Below, piece by piece: positions 51,811-63,521 of a stretch of 64,000 bases of DNA (its first letter is position 1; each line of letters opens with the position of its first letter). The stretch lies in NCBI RefSeq assembly GCF_018977255.1, contig NW_024704743.1, forward strand, positions 80,044,001-80,108,000, read 5' to 3'. The translations under genes were made by a program, and so were the position numbers. The notes under the pieces are model-generated. The model had not been told where the DNA came from. It saw only the letters and a program-made list of their open reading frames with translations, and searched no databases. Source of the stretch: Callorhinchus milii. Taxonomy: Eukaryota.

Positions 51811-51837
51811 CACTGCCCCCTGTGGGAGAGGCTGCAG
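51811..51837 (-). promoter_or_regulatory. Candidate CTCF motif with upstream TGCAG module
   Basis: Minus strand TGCAG-cctct-CCCACAGGGGGCAGTG. Confidence 0.4.
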
Positions 51838-52039
51838 GCAACCTCTAGAGAGGTGGCTTATACAAACACTTTGAATGCTACCGTTGAATTCCTCTGTTAG
51901 TTCTGGGTCATTCAGCTGCCATTAGCTGCAAGATTTCACACTGGGTCTCCAGCTGGAAAAGTAATATTCTTCTGATAGCTAGCAGCTGCTTTACACACCA
52001 TTTTTACCAAATTATCATTAGGACATTTTACAGGATTCT

Positions 52040-52402
52040 AATAACAATCCTCGCATTTGAGATAGTGCCTTATCACATCAGACATCTTAAAATGCTTCAC
52101 AAGATTTTACTGGGAAGAGTGGTGACATTATATTTAGATGAACATGACAGTCAATTTGGACACAGCAATATCCCACAAACAGACATGAAGTGAGTGACCA
52201 ATTTTATTTGGGTGATTGTTGGCCAAGACACTGGGAGAAACTCCTTTCTCTTTTCAAATAATGCCGTGGAATCTTTAACATCCATCTGAACAGGCAAACA
52301 GGACCTTAGTTTAAGACTCAGCCTCGACTGAGAGATCAAAGTTCCGACGAGGGGCTTGAACTTTCTGACTCAGAGGTAAGAGTGCTACCAACTGAGCCAG
52401 GC
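52040..52402 (-). mobile_element. Deu-domain SINE, near full length
   Basis: ctgactcagaggtaagagtgctaccaactgagcc head, gccgtggaatctttaacatcc core, tail at left. Confidence 0.85.
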
Positions 52403-52709
52403 TAATTATGGAATATATAATATAATATAGTTTTAAATAAGCAGTTCTTGCTTTATCAAGAATTCTATATTGTTTTAAATGTGACTTAACTTAAGCAACC
52501 TGAAACAGGTGCACCTGGTGACATCATGATTATTACTGGTGGTACGTATTACATTGCTGATCTAAGCATGTCTTTTCTATGACAGGTTTGAGAGAGAATG
52601 CCTTCCCTCTCCAGACTTCAATACAACAGATGGGCACAGCTCTGGCCCATTTCCCTCTAGGCTCTCAGCACTCATGATATCTGACTCTCAGTCCTGATTG
52701 GCTGATGTT

Positions 52710-53220
52710 CCAACAACAACAAAAAAATTACATTTGTTTAATGCCTTTCACATCGGGAAAACGTCCCAAGGTGCGAGACAGGCAGAGTTTTGGACTCGAG
52801 CTGGAGGTCGGGATTGGGGAGGGTGGAGGGCAGGGCGGGAAGCAGGGCAATCGAAAGCACGGTCAAAGAGGAGGGTCTTGAGAGGGGTCTTGAAGGAGGC
52901 AAGGGAGGGGACGAGGCAGAGTGACTGTGGGATGGAGTTCCAGACGGTGGGGGCAGAGTGGCAGAAGGCCTGCCTGGCAATGTTGGGGTGGGCGAGCCGG
53001 AGCCCACTGAGTGGAGGGAGCGGGCAGATAGTAGAGGTCGTTAGGAGGTCGCACAGGTCGGGGGAACAAGACCATGTTGGGCTTTGAAGGTGAGGACCAG
53101 GATCTTGAACTGTATCCTCTGTGTGACAGGAAGCCAGTGGATTCGTGTGAGGATGGGGGTGATAGGGTCACAGAGCCTGGTGCAGGAGAGGATACGGGCT
53201 ACAGAGTTCTGGATGATCCA
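52710..53220 (-). mobile_element. L2-like LINE 3' end
   Basis: (AAC)n tail, cctttcacatcgggaaaacgtcccaagg stem-loop, and gaggaccaggatcttgaac (antisense to FKILVL). Confidence 0.9.
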
Positions 53221-53952
53221 TGGAGGAGGACTGAAAGACAGTGATTGTGGGCAGTGGAAACAAAGATAGCAGCCTGTGGTGAAGTCAACCGGTCTTGGGC
53301 TACACTAGATTCACTCCAAACTTATAGATTCAGATCACATTTTTCAGACCATGTTTTGCACCCTATTGTCTTGAGGTTGTTTTACTATGAACCTTTGGTC
53401 GTCTGTCCAGATTAATTCCCTTGGGGATTGTTTTTGTTGTGGCAAGGTAAGGCGGTGGTTGTTGCTTTCAACTACTATGATAATGTTTGCCAAGAAAAAG
53501 GAACCGACTGTAGGACATATCATTTCTTCATGCATTAAGGTTAAAGCAACGGGCGCAAAGGGTTAGGCAGTGATTATACTGGGAGCTTCCACCCATCCCA
53601 CTGAACTGATGCTGCCTCAATTGGCTCCTTCAATGAGACCGAGATCTATATCCAGCTGAGAGGTGTGTTGCAGGATATGATGACAGTGCTCCACAGGAAT
53701 CTGTGGGGTCTAATTTGTGATATTTTATGTGTAGGTTGTTTAATTTGCAATAGTCCAAAGAGAATATTTGCCGGTTGCAAAAGCTGACAAGATGAGAAAA
53801 TAGAGGAAAAAATACAAAGAACAGTATTCGCACCACAAGTTAATGCCTTCGGGATAGGAGGGGAAATACCAAAGAGGGAATATATAATGATAAAAGGGTA
53901 CTAACACTTTAATGCAGTGTACCCAGCAAGCTTAAAATTCACATAATTTTAG

Positions 53953-54122
53953 CCCATAAGACCATTTTGCTTTCAATTTAAGATTGCGTACAATGTAGAG
54001 AATTCTTTAATTTAACCTCAGTTTGGAAGTTGGTTTTCCACAGTTCTTAAAGGGGAATGGCTTCCAAGGCAAAGGCTGAATTAATGTTGTACGATCTTAA
54101 ATTTGAAGACAAAATGGTCTTA
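53953..54122. mobile_element. Palindromic MITE with ~36-bp imperfect TIRs
   Basis: taagaccattttgctttcaatttaagattgcgtacaa versus right-end reverse complement taagaccattttgtcttcaaatttaagatcgtacaa; inner ttggaag / cttccaa arms. Confidence 0.8.
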
Positions 54123-54337
54123 GACGAGATGGTACCAACTTTGCCAAGGTATAATAAGTTATACATGTGATTCTCTAAGTGATTTTCTGATCTCACCTGT
54201 GGTAGAGGGAAGTGCTAAGTGGAGAAAAGGAAAGTAGTGCCTTGGATCAGATCAGGAAGCAGCTATCTTCTGTCCTTTTGTTTGGAAAATGGTGAGTATT
54301 GGGGAGCACAATTGATTTAAAATAAGGGCAGTGAAAG

Positions 54338-54648
54338 TACTTGGCTCACTTGATAGCACTATTGTTTCTGGATCTTAAAGATGTTGGTTCAAGTCTTTTG
54401 AGCTTACAGTCTAGGCTGATGCTTTAATATGGTGCTGGGGGAATGCTGCGTTGACAGGGGTATTGTCTGTCAAATTAGATGTTAAAATGAAGTCCTGTCT
54501 GCCCGTTTGTGTGGATGTTAAAGATCTTATGGGCTTATTCAAAAAGAGCAGGGAGTCTCTCCCAGTCCTGGTCAACAATCCCCCAGTTTATATTAACCAT
54601 TAACTTCATTATGGTCATGAACTTCATGACTGTTTGTGGGACCTATTG
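54338..54648 (+). mobile_element. Deu-domain SINE
   Basis: ggctcacttgatagcact head; ggatgttaaagatcttatgg...aaaagagcagggag core. Confidence 0.75.
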
Positions 54649-55519
54649 TAGAGGAAGTGACATTAGCAGCGTTGTATGGGCATAAAGTGCGGGAAGTGAC
54701 TTCTTCATGATTCGGAGGTCGGTTATATTTGTGGTAGAAGAGATTGCTTAACAAAAACAATATTATCAATCAAAAAATCAAGACAATAAAAATGAAAAAA
54801 CTGTCAGCCCTAGCTATAATATTAGCCCAAACCTTCTGCTCATGTACTGTATGGGTTAATACACTGCTGGCATTCTTGGCAGCTGCTGGAGAAAATGCTG
54901 AGATTCTGGCATTCTCACATCGACCTAAAGGCAAATACCTTGCTCCTAATAATTGCTTCACAGAGTGATAGAGACACAGAGGTATACGTCTGGCCAGTTG
55001 GGTCCTGCAGTGCAGGTGAAACAAAGTGAAGATCAAAATCTATTGAACATAAATGAAAATCTGGCTTCCTCACGTGTTAGGAAAAGGGGAAAAAGCAGCT
55101 TTTGTTCAGTTATGCCAGGGAGTCCTACAACAATGGATTGAACAATGATGTGTGCCACCAAAATCAGAACACCACTTCAGTAATAAAATGCAATCGCTCA
55201 GAACCATTGATCAAACAATCGTAATTTGGGAAAAATAATTTTTCTGCTTATAAAATAATATTATTAGAAATTTAATATGCGCAAGGTTATTTCTCTCTCT
55301 GCATTTGCCTGATTGTCTGCAGAATAATAAGTTAGCAATATCACATGAGAGGTTTGGACGAAAAAGACTATTTGGTTGATTTGATCTCATCTTTCCAGGA
55401 TACCTCAGATTAGCATACTAACCAAAGGACGTCACTTCAGACAATGCAGCACTTCCTTCAGTGTTGCACAAAAGAGTCAGCCAAGACCATGTGCAATCAA
55501 TTTACAATGCAAATTATGA

Positions 55520-55834
55520 TTAATAATAATAATCATCCTTGTATTTGATATAGCTCTTTTCACATCTTCTGGAAGTCTCAAAGCGCTTCACAGAATAGAC
55601 TGTAAAGTGAATTGACTGTATATTTGTGGGTGAAATGCAGCAGCCAATTGTGCACAGCAGTGTCCCACGAACAGTCGTGGATTCAAGTGACCAATTTCTT
55701 ATTTTTTTCTTGAGGGATTATTATCAGGTGTGTGGAGTAACGAAACTTGCCCAAGGTTTCACCCTGCCGAGAATCGAACCCAGGTCTCTCGCTTACGAAG
55801 CGAGTGCTCTAACCACTGAGCTACAGGACTCCAC
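55520..55834 (-). mobile_element. tRNA-SINE (short subfamily), full length
   Basis: aatcgaacccagg B box, gtgctctaaccactgagctacaggactcc head, (TAA)n tail. Confidence 0.9.
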
Positions 55835-56375
55835 AAATTGCATTGAGTTTTAACAAAGATCATAAAAACTATTTGTTCTGTTAATCTTTTCAACCAAAAC
55901 GGTTCCATCTTCACCTCTAGGTCAAAGGACTGTGGGTTTACGTGTTAAACTCATGGCCTAGGGTGAACTCTGTTGTGCAATATTGGCAGAAGTATTGCAT
56001 TGTCTGAGGTGTGATCCTTTGGTTAAGATGTTAATCTGAGTAATCAATGAAGAAGAAACCAAGGTTGATTTTATTCTCTAACAAAAGGGCACCAAGGTTA
56101 ATTGCAGCAGTCCATTCAGCATGATGTGGAGTTTCCTGTTCATGATATTGCAGTCAAAGGATACAGTAGCTACAATGGAAATCAAAGGCTCTGTCAATTT
56201 TACTTCACAATTAGGTCTGTGCTGTTGTCAGCTGGAATTGGGTACTGCAAATGGCCTCAACAACCAAGGATTCAGCAAGGGCACAAATCAGCCGGGAACA
56301 TATAACATGTTGAGACCCAGGTACATCACACTGACTCGTGAGAGCAATGCTCAAACAAAGCTATCTGAGGTCTAA

Positions 56376-56558
56376 GCAGAATCAGGTCTATTCCTAATCA
56401 CTGTCCCCTCACCACAAACCAAAAATTTTGTATGTCAGTTGATATCAGATGAGAATGTGGTGGAGCTCAGTTGCGATCCTGCCACAGTTCAGTGTCTGCG
56501 CTCACACAAGACGAATGCCTCTTGGATAACGTGCTAGCACTTATTGAATGGTACCCCA
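56376..56558 (+). repeat. Old SINE-like repeat (family F)
   Basis: cctaatcactg...gagctcagttgcgat...gctcacacaagacgaatg...ggtacccc. Confidence 0.5.
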
Positions 56559-56770
56559 ATCTCTTCAGAAAACATATAAAATAATAATAATAATCCTTGC
56601 ATTTGATATAGTACTTTATCAAGTCATCGAGGCGTCTCAAAGCGCTTCACGTGGTATACTGTAAAGTGGATTGACTGTGTATTTTGTGGACAAACGCACT
56701 AAAAGAAACAAAGAAAATTCAGCAACGTGGAGATAGAGTTTTAGAGCTTCCTAAAGCAATTCTCGAACAT

Positions 56771-57806
56771 AAACAACAACAACAACAAAATTACATTTGT
56801 ATAGTACCTTTTGCGTCGGGAGGACGTCCAAAGACACTGGACAATTAGTGTTTCGGACCAGAACTGGGGGTCAGGATTGGGGAGGGTGGAGGGCAGGGGG
56901 TCAAGGAAGGTGATTGAAGGCAGGGTCGAAGAGGAGGAACTTGAGATGAATCTTGAAGCAGGCAGGGGCGAACCAGAGAGATTGTGGGATGGAGTTCCAG
57001 AAGGTGGGGGTAGGGTGGCTGAAGACCCACCCGCCAATGGTAGGGCAGCGAGGTGGGGGACATGAAGCAGGCCGGAGCCCACTGAGCGGGAGGAGTGGGC
57101 AGGTTGATAGGGGATTAGGAGGTTGCAGAGTTAGGGATGAGCAAGGCCATGGAGGGCTTTGAAAGTGACGACCAGGATCTGTGTGATGGGAAGTCAGTGA
57201 GTTGGGCGAGGATGGGGGTGAGAGGGTCACGGAGCCTGGTGGGGGAGAGGACACAGACTGCAGAGTTCTGGATGATCCGCAGCCTATGGAGGGAGGAGTT
57301 GGGGAGGCTGACAAGCAGGGAGTTTGCATAGTCAAGCCTCAATGTTATTAATGCATGTGTGAGGGTCTCAGCGGTCTACCGTGTGAGACAGTGGAGGAGC
57401 CGGGCAATGTTCCAGAAGTGGGGGATGGCAGAGTCGGTCATGGCATGGATGTGGGTTAGAATGGATAGTTGAAGGTCAAACAAAATGCCAAGGTTCTGAG
57501 CTGGCTCAGTGAGGTGGAGTGAGCAACCATGGATGGTGATGCTGTCAGCGCCTGAGGTGTGGAGGTCCTGACGGAAGCCAATCAGCAGAGCCTCGGTCTT
57601 GTTGACATTCGACTGAAGAAAGTTAGCTCTCATCCAGGACTTGATGTCTGACAAACATTCTGTCAGGACATCAGTGGTCCTGGAGTCAAGGGTGGAGGCA
57701 GAGAGATACAGTTGGGTATTATCTGCATACATGTGGAAGTTGACCCTCATGTCTGCGGATGATGTCACCAAGAGGGAGCATATAGATATTGAAGAGGAGC
57801 GGACCA
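56771..57806 (-). mobile_element. L2-like LINE RT-to-3' end
   Basis: NFHMYADNTQLYLS, SDIKSWMRANFLQSNVNKTEALLIG, RLDYANSLL, (AAC)n tail. Confidence 0.95.
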
Positions 57807-57844
57807 CAGAAAGAAAACACAGGACAAAATTGGAGGCATCTCAT

Positions 57845-58045
57845 GATAATAATAATCCTTCCATTTGATATAGCGCCTTATCACGTCTACTAGATGTCTC
57901 AAAGCGCTTCACAGAATACACTGAAAAAGTGAATTGACTATATTTGTAGGCGAAACGCGGAAGCCAATTGCGCACAGCAGCGTCCCACAAACAGTCGTGG
58001 ATTGAAGTGACCAAATCATTTTTTCTTGAGAGATTATTACTATCA
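57845..58045 (-). mobile_element. tRNA-SINE 3' half
   Basis: aataatccttccatttgatatagcgccttatcacgtc...ccaattgcgcacagcagcgtcccacaaacagtcgtggatt. Confidence 0.85.
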
Positions 58046-58591
58046 GGCATTCAATTGAATAATGCATTCAATGTGATAATTGCTTGTATTAACTCTTCTA
58101 TGATCTTGTCAAGTTTCGATCACAATAAAGCCTCTATTGGAGATGTTCAGACTGCGGCCATATTTAAAGGTAGGATTATAGAGACAAGACTCTGCCTGAG
58201 GCTCAGTTTTAATGCACCGATCTTGGCCTGGACTTTCCTGATAGCAGTAAAAGGGTGTGGTGTTCCTCCTAATTATACAATAATTTTCAGTTGGGAGTAG
58301 TGAATATTATTTCTCGTAAAATGAATAGCAAGCTTCGTACCCATCAGTCAGTACCGGCAACTGGAATGCCTTTCACACTTTTAATTTTAATTAATTAAGT
58401 TTAATTTTTAAGATTAAACTGCCCCAGGCCAGATATTATACAGGGCAGATGCAGTGTAAATCATTCTATACTCTGACCCCAACAATAGCGTTGAGAAAAA
58501 TAATAATACTTACATTTTTATATTGCGCTTTTCCCATATGGAGAATGCATCACAGGCCTTCATGGGATAAGCTGTAAAGTACAGTGACTTT

Positions 58592-58834
58592 TTTGGTCAG
58601 CTAGGTGTCTGACTAATGCGGAAACCATCCAAACCAAGCTGAGAATTCCATGCATCCCATCTACACTTGGAAATTCCAGAGATAGATTGTTGGAATGCGA
58701 ACTTTTTCCCTGGAGGGACACATCCTGCTTAACTAATTCTGGAAAGTATTAGGTGCGCGTTGGCAGGAGCCAAGGCTTGGGGACCCCAAAGTATGCTTTG
58801 GGATACTGCTGGAGTCTAACCAGGTAAATAACCA
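58592..58834. repeat. Unclassified family E, copy 4
   Basis: Collinear with the 19768, 6043 and 21170 copies. Confidence 0.75.
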
Positions 58835-59792
58835 GTTATTATTATTATTAAAACCGCATAGCTCGCCAATTATATAATTGTCTGGCAAGCTTTCCAGCTG
58901 CTCATCCAGCTTTAACAGGAGCTAAGAGGGATGACTCCCTGCCCTCAGTGACTGGTCTGCCCTTCCAAGTCTTGCTGATGAGCCAGGCTGGCTATGCTAT
59001 TCATCAGCAGTGCCCTGGCTTAGGAACTGGACTACTGAGACTGCCACAGAGGGCTGGCTTGATTCCGACCTTCCGTTGCCAATCGTGTCACCTTGCGGCC
59101 AGTTCAGATCCAAGGAGACTCCACTTACCTCCTCCAAGTCACTAGTTGGTCATTTGATATTTGACAAATGTGGGTTTGAGCCCGCACTAGGTGAATGGCA
59201 GGTACCAAGAACTCCTGCAAATTTTTGCTGGGCAACACAGCACATTTCTTCCCATTGAGCGATGGTTCCGTCAATTTGAGGTGCAGAGCTTCAGCAGCAA
59301 CTTCTCACCTCTCTGCAAGCCAAGCAAGGTGGATTCCAGGGCTGGATGTACAAACATTTGTTCATGAACTCGGATCCAGGTAACATCTTCCAGCAGCTAT
59401 TTCCCCAAGCCTCAGAGTTTCCTCATCAGCTATCTGGTGGGCATCTGCCTTTAGTGTGGTGGGAAGACCTTTAGAGGCCAGATTATGATGCTCCTTGTGT
59501 CTTCCAATCAATACCTTCTATGTCTTCTCTTGACTATATTTTGTAGGCAAATGTCTATCAAAAGCCCTGGAATGGCACAAAATGCAGGGTAAGCAATGTG
59601 AGCATGACATTTCAGGAGTAGAACATTTGGTTGGAGAATGATTAATTGGTTGAAAACATCAGCCAAAGTTTATAGGGTTTGTTCCAAGACCTGGCTCAAG
59701 AGGTTTTGAGCCAGCGTTAGTCTTGATATCACTATTCCTGTAATAGAGAACATTGTCATGGTCATGAAGACCGATTTGGCAGAACCCACTTC

Positions 59793-60257
59793 ATAACCTT
59801 GCATTTTAACATAGCCTCTTATCATGTTGTCAAGATGTTTCAAAGTACTTCACCTGATTTTATGTGAAATGTAGTTGCTGTGCATTTGTAGGCGAATGAG
59901 ACGTCCTCCCGACGTGAATGTAATTTGTTGTTGCAATTGTTCAATCCAACAGTCAATGTTCCACAACAGTCATGAAGTGAATGACCAATTTTATCTGGGT
60001 AAATTGATGGTCAGGTCACTGTGAGAAATTCCCTTCTCTTTTCGAGTAGATCCATGGGATCTTTAATGTCTACCTCAACAGATGGATGGGATCTCGGTTT
60101 AATGTCCCATTTGAAGGACAGTACCTTTGACAATGCAGCAATCCCCTAAGATTGCATTGGAGTGTCAGCCTAGATTGTGAGCTCATGTCCTGATATAAGG
60201 CTTTAAGCTACAACCTTTTGATTCAGAGCCGAATGTTTCCAACTGAGCGAAGCTGAC
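59793..60257 (-). mobile_element. Deu-domain SINE, near full length, with a short sense L2-tail insert (~59900-59933)
   Basis: ccatgggatctttaatgtc...cggtttaatgtc...ggagtgtcagcctaga...caactgagc. Confidence 0.85.
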
Positions 60258-61126
60258 AAATATATTGTACTCTGGAGAAAGGATTGACTGTGTCTTTGCA
60301 GTCCAGAAGTTACTGGTAAATCTCCAGATTGTGATCAATGGGACATACTATGAATTAATGCTTGTAACCTTTGGTGTTTTACGTTTAAAAAAGAATTTGC
60401 CAGGTATTTTAACAAAATAAGTCTTACATTTTACTTAAACCCCACAAATTCTGTTTCTTCAAATTATTTTGTTGATGGAGACTAGCAGTTTCAAGCCTTA
60501 TAATCTTTTTATATGGCTTAAGTAAGCAGAAAGATATGTGAAAAGTTGAAGAGAATTAAAACGTATTGGGACATTGCCAGGAATGTGTTTCTATCAGGAC
60601 TGCACAGACGCCAGCACAGAATCTCAGAGACAATCCAGCCGTCATGAAACGTTACACAGAACACTTGTGCTTTATTCATCCAACTGAAATGTTAGGGTTC
60701 CACACATACTGTATATGAAACAATAAAATATGGCAATTTTTAACAGCGTTGTTTAATAATAATAATCCTTGTATATGATAAAGCGCCTTATCATGTCTTC
60801 TAGATATCTCAAAGCGCTTCTCAGAATATACTGTAAAGTGAATTGACTAAACTTTGTGGGTGAAATAAGATCTCTCTGTTGGAAATAGGGTCGTCTTCTT
60901 CTGGTAACCAGAAGTATGTTATGATAATCTGCAAGAACTCTGCTTTAATGTGATCTACCTCTTCAGGGTCCACCTCAAGACTACCATCTTGACCGCGCTT
61001 TGAGCCATCTTTCCATTCCCTCCCCCCTTCGACTCTGACCTGCAGCTCGGGTGTCAAGCCAGGATTGCTGAACATCTTGGGACATCCTCTTGATGTGAAA
61101 GCGGCTATATAAATGTAAATTTGTAT

Positions 61127-61745
61127 TAATAATAATAGTACTTGAATTTGGTATAGTGCCTTATCACCTCGAAAGGATGTCTCAAAGTGCTTCACGTGAT
61201 ATACCATGAAATGGAGTGACTGTATTTTGTAGGCAAGGGTGATCCAACCTTTTGGCTGCTGAGGGCCGGATGCCATATTTGAGAAATGTCTGCGGGCCGT
61301 ATAAACAATATTTTGTGTTTCCCTTCCAGAAGCATAACATTTACAGGTTATGGAGGGAGCGGGTGGGGCAGATGAAATGGAGGGAGGGTGGCCGGCTGAA
61401 ATCGGCCCAGGGGCCACAAGTTGATGATCCTGTTGTAGGCAAATGTGGCAGCACAATTGCAAGCAGCAATGTCTTACAAACAGCCTTGAAACGAATGACC
61501 AATTTTGTTTTGGGGGATTGTTGGCTAGAGCACCAGGAGAAACCCTTTTTTTAAATCGTGCCATGGGATTTCTAACTTCCACTTGAAAAAGCAGACGGGA
61601 CCTCAGGTTAATGTCTCATCTCATCTGATAAAGCAACACGCCCCTAGCATTGCATTTGAGCATCAGCTAAGCGGACACTTGTGGGACTCGAACCTACAAC
61701 ATTCTGACTCACAGACGAGAGTGCAACCACTGCACCAACTGACAC
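61127..61745 (-). mobile_element. Deu-domain SINE interrupted by a hAT MITE
   Basis: gtgccatgggatt...gcagacgggacctcagg core; tail at left. Confidence 0.8.
61235..61432. mobile_element. Non-autonomous hAT (Charlie-like) DNA transposon, 198 bp, 8-bp TSD
   Basis: TSD ttgtaggc at 61227-61234 and 61433-61440; ends aagggtgatccaacc / gttgatgatcctg; internal gggccg repeats. Confidence 0.8.
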
Positions 61746-62769
61746 ATTAATTGCTGTATTGAGTGGAGTTCTTGAGAATCGGAATGATGTATATCCAGTT
61801 TTCAGAAAGAATCCTCATTTACCACTTGGATTCCTCATTCCTCTTCTTCAAGAAAGCCATTAAATGTGTCACACATTGCACCCTGATAACTATCTATTCT
61901 TGCCACATTTAGAGGAATATTTTTTTTCAGATGGCATGAATTATATGTGGTGGAGAAAACAACGAGGCATTCCATTCATAACATGATGTTTCAGATCCAA
62001 AAAAACTACACAGCGCATTATAATGTACCTGTGAAAAAAATGGCTGCCAGTCACTGATGATATTACTTCTGGTGCTAAGCCTCAAAAGCACCTTTAATGT
62101 CACTTCTGTCATAAAGTGATGTCAGTGGCACTTCCTGCACAAAGTGGGCATGCGCACAACACGCAGGAAGTAACATTAGCAGCAATGTGACAACCCGTAA
62201 GGGAGCTATTGTTAGCTGAAGGGTGCTGGTAGTCAGTACAGAAGCTGAATATCCACAGCAGTCTGTGCTATAAGAGAACGTGATGTTCCGGATTCGCTCA
62301 ACTGAGGTGCATTCCAATGGTCTCCGCATGCATTTTCTGAGAATGTTTTATTGGTTTAAGCTGCTATCTACAGGCCACAAGGGCAAAATGGTCAGTTTCA
62401 CTTCCTGCTCAGTTATAACTCTTATATACTGGACAAGTGCCAGCAAATTCCAGACAAAATCCAACAAATTTGCTGGGAATTTGTTGAAAAACTCTAAATG
62501 TTTGTAAACTCAATTTTTTTTCTTGATATCATTATTCTTGTAATAGTCTCATCTTCCTTTGAAAAACTATGCCCAAAATCTTTCCTTCCCCACGTACACA
62601 GCAGTTGCAAATTTCAATTAATTATTTTGCTTATAACCATTACAAATAACAGAGTACTGTATATTTTAAATATTGCATGTGTGGTCTGGGATCTACTCAG
62701 ATGTTTTTCAAAGCTTTACGTTATAGTTTTTATTTAGGACTTCCCAGAGTACGCTTGTATCAGCCTATG

Positions 62770-63100
62770 TGTCAGCCTGACTCAGTTGGTAACACTTTCA
62801 CCTCTAAATCAGATAATCCCCTAGGATAGGATATTGAAGTCACATAATCTAAGTGAATACTCCAGTGGTATGCGGCATTGTTGCAGCTGCCATCCTTCAA
62901 ATGAGATATTAAACCGTGGTCTCATCTGCCTGTACAGGTGGATGTTAAAGATCCCAGGCCCTATTCCAAAAGAGAAGGGAATTTCTCTTTGTGTCCTGGC
63001 CAATAGTCCCCCAAATAAAATTGATCATTAGCTTTATAATTGTTTGCAGGGCATTGCTCTGCACAAGTTGGGCTGCTGTGTTTATCTACAAAATACAATT
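62770..63100 (+). mobile_element. Deu-domain SINE (tail resumes ~63522-63600)
   Basis: gactcagttggtaacact head; caggtggatgttaaagatcccagg...gtgtcctggccaa core. Confidence 0.85.
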
Positions 63101-63521
63101 ATAATAATAATAATTATCCTTACATTTGATATCATGTCATTCAGATGTTTCAAAGCGTTTCACAAAATATACTGTAAAGTGAATTGACTGCATATTTTGA
63201 GGGCAAAACACAGCATCAAATTGCACCCAGCAGTGTCCCACAGTCATGGATTGAGTGACCAACCTTTTTTTAAGGAATTATTACCCCCAGAAAGCAATCC
63301 GCCAATCGACTAGTAACCAGGTTCCTACTTACTTGTAGGTAAACAACAACAACAAATTACACCTGTATAGCGCCCTTCACGTCGGAAAAATGTCCCAGGG
63401 CACTGGAACAGAGGCGTGTGGCATAGGCAAACTTGCCTAAGGTTTCGCCCTGCACAGGAATCGAACCCGGGTCATCTCATTTGCGAGCCGAGTGCTCTAA
63501 CCAATATGCTACCCGACTCCA
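63101..63521 (-). mobile_element. tRNA-SINE (long subfamily), antisense in a Deu-SINE tail; itself contains an L2 tail (~63343-63406)
   Basis: ggaatcgaacccggg B box, gagtgctctaacca head, (TAA)n tail; internal aacaacaac...cgcccttcacgtcgg insert. Confidence 0.85.

Noticed and set aside
58973..58996. Hammerhead-like ctgatgagccaggctggc
   Set aside because: Stem is not followed by GAAA
60821..61582. 253-aa ORF (longest in the window)
   Set aside because: Runs through a Deu-SINE, a hAT MITE, an L2 tail and a SINE tail; chance read-through
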